Virus record (IMG/VR): IMGVR_UViG_3300035698_001735
Coordinates: 1 to 64,000 of that record
Strand: one strand, 5' to 3'
Length of the DNA: 64,000 nucleotides
Source of the DNA: a virus
Below, piece by piece: positions 58,103-64,000 of this stretch. Numbering within the stretch: the stretch's first letter is position 1; each line of letters opens with the position of its first letter. A program made the translations under genes and the position numbers. Under the pieces are notes generated by a model. The model was not told the DNA's origin. It searched no databases and saw only the letters and a program-made list of their open reading frames with translations.

Positions 58103-58689
58103 TGTTAAGGTTTGCTATACTTGCACTTATAACGACGCTGTCTGTTGTAGTTGTTGTAGTTGTAACTTTATCAACTGTTGCCAAAGCCGAAGCAGATACT
58201 AGCTTCGCGGGGCCAATAATTGACCCATTGTTACACCCCCAGGTTTATTGCCTGGCCCAAAATGTTTACTACGAAGCACGCAATGACAGTCGTGCTGGTA
58301 AGTATGCAGTAGCTGACGCTGCATTAAATCGAGTCGAAAATAATTACTTTCCCAACACTGTCTGCGATGTAGTTCAGCAAGGCAGCCTCAATAGTGGTAA
58401 GGTCTTTACTATCCGCAAGCAACGAGATGGCACGTATAAGCGCTTTCCGTCTTGTCAGTTTAGTTGGTTCTGTGATGGCAAGTCTGATGTTCCGGATGAA
58501 AGCGAAGACTGGAGGCTAGCGCAAGCTATTGCTTGGCAAATAAAATACTACGGTAAATATAGAGGCATTACAGAAGGTGCCGACCACTACCATGCTGTTT
58601 ATGTAGACGCTGTATGGGCCGATTCGTTACTTAGAATTACCCAAATCGGACACCACGTATTTTATCGTTCTTCGTATAGGCGTAGATAA
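58102..58689 (+). CDS. SleB/Hydrolase_2 cell-wall hydrolase
   Basis: CLAQNVYYEAR, NRV...FPNTVCDVV, CQFSWFCDG, GA.HYHA.YV...W, IGHHVFY; N-terminal anchor. Confidence 0.92.
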   Translation: MLRFAILALITTLSVVVVVVVTLSTVAKAEADTSFAGPIIDPLLHPQVYCLAQNVYYEARNDSRAGKYAVADAALNRVENNYFPNTVCDVVQQGSLNSGKVFTIRKQRDGTYKRFPSCQFSWFCDGKSDVPDESEDWRLAQAIAWQIKYYGKYRGITEGADHYHAVYVDAVWADSLLRITQIGHHVFYRSSYRRR

Positions 58690-58706
58690 GATCATATAAA
58701 TACTGT

Positions 58707-60260
58707 ATGATATTAGGCATACTTACACTTATAACGGCACTTTCAATTAGTGCCGTAGCAATTTATTATTCAGTCGCCGGCTTAGTTGCAATCTTTGCAG
58801 CTTCGGCAATCTCCATCATTATCATGGGCAGTGTACTAGAGGTATCCAAACTAGTAGCAACTGTTTGGTTACACCGTTACTGGGACGAAACCGTACTATG
58901 GCTACGCATGTATTTGTGTGTTGCTATTGTCCTCCTTATGCTAATCACAAGCATGGGAATTTTTGGATTTCTTAGTAAAGCACACATCGAGCAAGCGTCC
59001 GCAGGCCAAGAAAGCGTAGCACAATTAGCACGTATTGAAAGTGAAATAGCAAGACGAAATGCAGTAATTGATCGCGCTGATCAAAAACTCCTAAAGACTG
59101 AGACCTCAGGCACTAGTGCAGACACAAACATACAAACACAAATAGACCGCGAACAAGCACGCATAGACAGCGCATATACGCGCATACAGCAAGCAGAACA
59201 ACGTCTAGTGCAACAGTTAGCACCTTACAAGCAAGAGCTTACTAGCGTTGATACTATCCTCTCCGACCTTCAGGCAGCTATCACTAGCGGCAACATTAAG
59301 AAAGCACAAAGCATTGCTGGCACAAACCCTGATGGAAGTTATGGGCCAAAAACAGCAGCCGCAATTGAAGCGTTTCGTGATGCACAGAACACTCGAAGAC
59401 AAGAGTTGCTTGCTACAGTTCAAGAGCTACGAAGTCAGAATGATAGTGCTAATCTCGCACGTAAACAAGTCGAAGATAGTAATAGTCTTATTACTCGATT
59501 GCGCGCACTGCTCGGACAAGATACCAGCATAGACTTAGATACTATTGTAGACGAACAGAACGCACGTATCAAATTAGCCACACTAGAACTTGATTCGTTA
59601 ACCGAACAAAAGTATAATATACAGGCTAACTTTCGCAAGCTAGAAGCGGAAGTAGGGCCAATTAAGTACATTGCTGAATTTATATACGGCGGCAAAGCGG
59701 ATAAAGAAATACTCGAAGCAGCAGTAAGTTGGATGATTGTGTTGATTATTATTACGTTTGACCCGCTCGCAGTTGCTTTGTTACTAGCAAGTCAGTATAC
59801 ACTAAAAGATCACTATGCAAAAAAGAAGACAGCTACTAAACCAGTAGTTGATGTGCGCACTCCTTCTGCAGAAGCAGTTGACGAATACCATGATTACGAA
59901 GTCAACGAGTTAGGGAAAGGAACAGACGGCAACGAATGGAAAGTTGTTGACGGACAAGTAGTCAAAGTGTCTGACAGTTCTATTCTGTCAGAACCGGAGC
60001 CTAGTGATCTAGATACAGCAGATGACGACGAATACTTGGTACTAACCACAGAAGAAGAACAACGAAAAGCTATATACAATTCATTTGACGAGTTAGTAGA
60101 GTGGAAAGAAGCCAAGCATAATTGGAAAACAAACAACCCGACATTAACTATCAAAGAACAAAAGAATCGATATATTAAAGGGTATATAGACAAATTGCCG
60201 TGGGAAGATCACGAAACAGGTATCTTTGATAACACTCCTGGGCGTGATTTGGAATCATAA
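58707..60260 (+). CDS. multi-pass membrane coiled-coil protein with a peptidoglycan-binding-like motif
   Basis: YYSV.GL, LEVSKLV, ITSMGIFGFLSKAH, PDGSYGPKTAAAI, EAEVGPIKYIA, FDPLAV. Confidence 0.75.
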   Translation: MILGILTLITALSISAVAIYYSVAGLVAIFAASAISIIIMGSVLEVSKLVATVWLHRYWDETVLWLRMYLCVAIVLLMLITSMGIFGFLSKAHIEQASAGQESVAQLARIESEIARRNAVIDRADQKLLKTETSGTSADTNIQTQIDREQARIDSAYTRIQQAEQRLVQQLAPYKQELTSVDTILSDLQAAITSGNIKKAQSIAGTNPDGSYGPKTAAAIEAFRDAQNTRRQELLATVQELRSQNDSANLARKQVEDSNSLITRLRALLGQDTSIDLDTIVDEQNARIKLATLELDSLTEQKYNIQANFRKLEAEVGPIKYIAEFIYGGKADKEILEAAVSWMIVLIIITFDPLAVALLLASQYTLKDHYAKKKTATKPVVDVRTPSAEAVDEYHDYEVNELGKGTDGNEWKVVDGQVVKVSDSSILSEPEPSDLDTADDDEYLVLTTEEEQRKAIYNSFDELVEWKEAKHNWKTNNPTLTIKEQKNRYIKGYIDKLPWEDHETGIFDNTPGRDLES

Positions 60261-60308
60261 CTCTTACTTTCTAGTTTAGTGATAAATATAAAAACAAAAA
60301 GGATTATC

Positions 60309-61595
60309 ATGAGATATCGAGAGTTTATCCTCATTGAGGGATACAAAGAAGTACAAGACAAATTCAGCCAAGAAGCAGACCCCACCCAAGTAGCAACTGT
60401 CGTTGCTTCGTATAAGAAATTAGTAGATGCAAATCGAATAACCGGCAACGAACGTAATATTGATTGGTGGGGTAAACAGGGATGGGCTAACTTTGAGAAA
60501 TTTGTAACTGATACCCAAGCAATGCCAAGCCAAACCGTACAAAAGAAACGAAAAGACGCCGGCGATGCACATGTAATAGAAGAAACAGACAAATGGCTTA
60601 TAGTAGTTCCGCTTAATAAAGATGCCAGTTGCTTTCACGGAAAGGATACTAAGTGGTGTACAACTAAACCAGCTGCGGATCATTTTGAGGAATATTTCTA
60701 CGAAGATAGCATTACATTAATATATTTCATACGCAAAGCAGACACGCAGAAATGGGCAATTGCAGTTGAGGAAGATCGGCCAGTATATTTTGATGTAAAC
60801 GATAATAAAATGAATTCAAAAATATTTAATCAACAAACTGGACTAGACAGCGATAAGTATATTAAATTAGTAGGCGGCGATACAGAAGTCGGTAAAAAAG
60901 CCGAGGTTAGTAGAGAAACATATCGAGCAAATGTCAAAGAAATAGAAGCTCTTCTTAGACAATTCGAAATCGACAACACAACAGAAAGAAATAGAACAAT
61001 TGAAACTTTATTGTTCAAAACTAGGCACGTTCATCTGGCAGCTATGTATGTCGAATTGCTATACGAGAACAACAATGAGGAGCTGGTTGATTTCGATCAA
61101 CCGATGCAATCATTAGTTGCTAACGGCAGAACAATTAATAAGTTAAAAAATATAACCTTTAAAACAATGAAGCAGCAACTTAAGAACTACTGGTATGACG
61201 ACGACCTGCACGAGATGCTAGAACGTGGTTTAGATTTCGCTGCCGGAGTTGTAAGCAAGATTGCAAATGATTCAAAATTAGCTGCTGCTTACGCAGGAGC
61301 TGTACTTGGCAAGCGATGGCCCGAAGCAGAAGCTGCTATATCCAAAGACCCTGATGCGTCCCTTTATTATGTAGATCTTGTAATAGAACGCAGATGGAAA
61401 CCTTTCGAAGCTGTTATGTTTAAAGATCCAGGGACAGCCTACGAGTATGCACGATTTGCGGCGAGGAAAGGATGGATTGACGAACTACTAGCAGATCCTA
61501 AATGGAAGAAAGCTGAGGCTGTTATAGCCGCTCGCCCACCAACCCTCAAGCTCTACAACGCGTTCTTAAAAAAAATAGGCAAAGAAGAAATATGA
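60309..61595 (+). CDS. hypothetical, probably virion-packaged protein with C-terminal ~24-aa repeats
   Basis: MRYREFILIE start, GKDTKWCTT, repeats RWPEAE...KDP..Y; late promoter. Confidence 0.65.
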   Translation: MRYREFILIEGYKEVQDKFSQEADPTQVATVVASYKKLVDANRITGNERNIDWWGKQGWANFEKFVTDTQAMPSQTVQKKRKDAGDAHVIEETDKWLIVVPLNKDASCFHGKDTKWCTTKPAADHFEEYFYEDSITLIYFIRKADTQKWAIAVEEDRPVYFDVNDNKMNSKIFNQQTGLDSDKYIKLVGGDTEVGKKAEVSRETYRANVKEIEALLRQFEIDNTTERNRTIETLLFKTRHVHLAAMYVELLYENNNEELVDFDQPMQSLVANGRTINKLKNITFKTMKQQLKNYWYDDDLHEMLERGLDFAAGVVSKIANDSKLAAAYAGAVLGKRWPEAEAAISKDPDASLYYVDLVIERRWKPFEAVMFKDPGTAYEYARFAARKGWIDELLADPKWKKAEAVIAARPPTLKLYNAFLKKIGKEEI

Positions 61596-61981
61596 AACAG
61601 GTATATTTAATAACACCTCCGGACATAGTTCGGAATCATAATTTTAGCTTACTGCTAGTGCATCCAAGTAAGCAAATGCGAGAAGACCTAACCGCTATCG
61701 TCGAGCCGTATAATATAAGCATGAACTTGTACATGTACGACGAAGAGCTACCTAGATACGATTGGTTGTTGAATATAGCTAAAATGAGTGATATAGTGGT
61801 AATTGATATAGACAACTGTCCGCCAGAGACTCGCGAGATAGTGCCATACTTATTAGGGCAATCCAACCTATACTGGTTGACACAAGGCGAAAACCTAGTG
61901 TATAATACATTAAGTACAAATAGAATCTATTCGTTAGAGTGGATAACACAACATCTAGGAGATGAAACAGTACATGAATAA
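61592..61981 (+). CDS. hypothetical phage protein
   Basis: LITPPD N-terminus; coupled to rpsU. Confidence 0.7.
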   Translation: MKQVYLITPPDIVRNHNFSLLLVHPSKQMREDLTAIVEPYNISMNLYMYDEELPRYDWLLNIAKMSDIVVIDIDNCPPETREIVPYLLGQSNLYWLTQGENLVYNTLSTNRIYSLEWITQHLGDETVHE

Positions 61982-62264
61982 ACCACGTAAAAACTTTAGT
62001 CCTACTGGTTACAAAGGCGGCCCTTCAAGAAATGAATACGAAGCACCTAAGAAACCCGGACTTTCAGTAATTGTACGCAATGGCGACATTAACAAAGCAT
62101 TGCGTCAGTTTAAGAAGATGATAAGCGATGATGGCATTTTACAGGAATACCGTGACCGGCAAACTTACGTTAAGCCTAGTGCGAGGCGCAAAAAGTCTCA
62201 AGCTGCTGCGAAAGCGCGTTGGAATAAAAAGCAAGAAACCCTAACCACTGTTCGCAAATACTAA
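61962..62264 (+). CDS. rpsU: 30S ribosomal protein S21
   Basis: DINKALRQFKK...GILQEYRDRQTYVKPS.RRK. Confidence 0.9.
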   Translation: MKQYMNKPRKNFSPTGYKGGPSRNEYEAPKKPGLSVIVRNGDINKALRQFKKMISDDGILQEYRDRQTYVKPSARRKKSQAAAKARWNKKQETLTTVRKY

Positions 62265-62275
62265 GGAGAACATAA

Positions 62276-62587
62276 ATGGCTATAGAGATCGACAACGACT
62301 TTGCAGTAGACGAAAAAGTAAATGAAACCGTAGACCTTCCTAGCAAATATAAAGTAATAATGATGAACGATGATCACACTCCTATGGAATGGGTAGTTGA
62401 TCTGCTAGTAACTGTATTCAAACACAGCGACGCGTCAGCTAAAAGTATTACTATGGAAGTACACACAGAAGGCTCGGCAGTAGTCGGGGTGTATAGCTTC
62501 GAGGTTGCAGAGCAAAAGTCAGTAGAGGCAATGAACGCAAGTCGTAATCTTGGTTTTGAGCTTATGGTTAACGTTGAAGAAGAGTAA
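62276..62587 (+). CDS. clpS: ATP-dependent Clp protease adaptor ClpS
   Basis: YKVIMMNDDHTPMEWV, VHTEG.AVVG.Y..EVAEQK. Confidence 0.93.
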   Translation: MAIEIDNDFAVDEKVNETVDLPSKYKVIMMNDDHTPMEWVVDLLVTVFKHSDASAKSITMEVHTEGSAVVGVYSFEVAEQKSVEAMNASRNLGFELMVNVEEE

Positions 62588-63129
62588 TGAGTAAGTTGCG
62601 CGAGCTAACAGCAGAAGTACACAAAAATGCAGAGCGTCAGCCGTTTGTAAAAGAGCTAGTAGGAGGCATATCCAATCATAGATATGCTACCTATTTGTAT
62701 AACCAAATGCGCATGTATATGTTGTTAGAAGAGCTAGCTGATGCACACGATATTTTTGATACTATACCGGAAGCAAAACGCACACTAGCAATACATGCAG
62801 ACTTTTGCGAAATGTGGGGAAACAAATGCAAAAAAGAACCAATGGTGTATCCAGTAGTTGAGCAGTACGCAAGCCACCTAGAAAATATTGCATACGATCC
62901 AGCTGCGCTAACTGCGCATATATATGTTAGACACATGGGCGACTTAAGTGGCGGACAAATGATAGCTAGCCGTGTGCCTGGCAAAGGTTTGTATTATCAA
63001 TTTGATTGCGAAACAGATGACCTAAAGGATCGCATTAGATTATTACTTAACGACAACATGGCCGACGAAGCTAAAATTTGTTTTGCTTATGCAGCCCAGC
63101 TGTTTAAGGAGATGCACGTAAATGAGTGA
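62587..63129 (+). CDS. ho1: heme oxygenase
   Basis: LRELT...H..AE, AHIYVRHMGDLSGGQMI, EAKICF. Confidence 0.92.
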   Translation: MSKLRELTAEVHKNAERQPFVKELVGGISNHRYATYLYNQMRMYMLLEELADAHDIFDTIPEAKRTLAIHADFCEMWGNKCKKEPMVYPVVEQYASHLENIAYDPAALTAHIYVRHMGDLSGGQMIASRVPGKGLYYQFDCETDDLKDRIRLLLNDNMADEAKICFAYAAQLFKEMHVNE

Positions 63130-63817
63130 AATTTGGGAAACACTTATTGTCGCAAAGGATCGAATGATAGAACTCTTAGATCAAAACGCGATCGAGGTCA
63201 ATGAGCGAGGCCTTGATCAATTCAATCAACCAGAGAACGGCTGGGTTAATCGTGTCTGGGCGAACGAAAGCATAAGGAGAGCTCACATTGACATAGTCGA
63301 TGTTAGACAAACTCGTAAGCTCTGGATGATGCATGTATGTGTATTTCCGCAGCTACACAACGATGGTCCAATCTTCGGCTTTGATGTTATTGCCGGGGAA
63401 CGGAAGATGACAGGTGCATTCCATGACTTCTCTGCGTCCAGCAGCGGTGAAGGCCATCCCTTAATAGAATGGTACAAGCACGAAGTAAGTGAATTTGTGC
63501 CAACTAAAGCAAGAAAACTGCCCGAATGGGCAACTAACATTTTTACTGACAGTATGATAGCTGCTAGTAATGTAAAAACAGTAGAAGAAACAACTGAGAT
63601 CTGTAACATGGCCGTAAATAACTTAGATGTATATTTGCAAACTATTAGCGATTCCAACAACACTGGAAACAGAGCAGCGACTCTGGTTAGCCAAAACTAT
63701 TACTGTGACAACCAACGACAAAATCCCCATACACCTAAAGTTATGAAAAACCTAGGACTTGACGAGGCAGACGTGGACTACTTCTGCAACGAACTCCTGT
63801 TCCCTAAAACCAACTAG
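63122..63817 (+). CDS. pcyX: ferredoxin-dependent bilin reductase, PcyX/PcyA type
   Basis: RRAHIDIVD, MMHVCVFP, PIFGFDVI, GAFHDFS, LPEWA.NIF, YCDNQRQNPHT; coupled to heme oxygenase. Confidence 0.82.
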   Translation: MSEIWETLIVAKDRMIELLDQNAIEVNERGLDQFNQPENGWVNRVWANESIRRAHIDIVDVRQTRKLWMMHVCVFPQLHNDGPIFGFDVIAGERKMTGAFHDFSASSSGEGHPLIEWYKHEVSEFVPTKARKLPEWATNIFTDSMIAASNVKTVEETTEICNMAVNNLDVYLQTISDSNNTGNRAATLVSQNYYCDNQRQNPHTPKVMKNLGLDEADVDYFCNELLFPKTN

Positions 63818-63913
63818 ACTGCTAGTCTAGAAATTCAAGTTTACCAACGAGGCCGGCCGAACATTCTGTTCGAACTGGTTTCTCTAATGCCTAAAAATCA
63901 AGGAGATTTAATC

Positions 63914-64000
63914 ATGGCTATTTTTACCAGCAAGACTAAAAAAGAAAAGTACATAGAATTCTGCATCAATTGGAAGAAAGAATACAAATCATTATCGGCA
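63914..64000 (+). CDS. partial ORF running off window end
   Basis: AGGAG SD then MAIFTSKTKKEKYIEF... Confidence 0.5.
   Translation, partial: MAIFTSKTKKEKYIEFCINWKKEYKSLSA

Noticed and set aside
63812-63880. two small hairpins downstream of pcyX as a riboswitch
   Set aside because: The stems are short and match no aptamer consensus I recognise, so they cannot be supported beyond a possible terminator or leader.
1-64000. tRNA/rRNA genes and stop-codon reassignment
   Set aside because: I saw no cloverleaf with T-loop consensus by eye, though tRNAscan was not run. Known genes are full length in the standard code and end in TAA, TAG or TGA.

Overview
The window is a 64-kb segment of a large lytic dsDNA phage with T4-like regulation: sigma70-type early promoters, TAAATA late promoters, rIIA/rIIB, class Ia nrdAB and glutaredoxin. 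Its host-like genes (radC-like, yqgE, ybaN-like, clpS, rpsU, heme oxygenase, PcyX-type bilin reductase) point to an aquatic proteobacterial host (inference). Layout: (i) about 0.3-1.45 kb is non-coding, with two inverted clusters of ACTATAGT-core repeats (candidate replication origin). (ii) 1.6-25.1 kb is a minus-strand early/accessory arm. It opens with an array of 8 intact plus 1 frameshifted small paralogs that have conserved ends and a hypervariable middle. It also carries JAB/RadC, macrodomain, AAA ATPase, Thg1-like, rIIB/rIIA and Gp88-like genes, several driven by a repeated promoter element. (iii) From 25.2 kb the genes are mostly on the plus strand. These include late/virion-type genes, a nucleotidyltransferase next to a ligase-fold gene, and a PD-(D/E)xK nuclease whose 3' end is duplicated around a GIY-YIG homing endonuclease. 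Further on are a tail-fibre-like gene and nrdA split by a split intein with an intervening HNH endonuclease, followed by nrdB, PAAR, many small accessory ORFs, an ExbB/MotA-like module, a SleB hydrolase and an rpsU-clpS-HO-pcyX cluster. No tRNA, rRNA or CRISPR array was recognised. All family assignments come from motif recognition by eye, not database searches.
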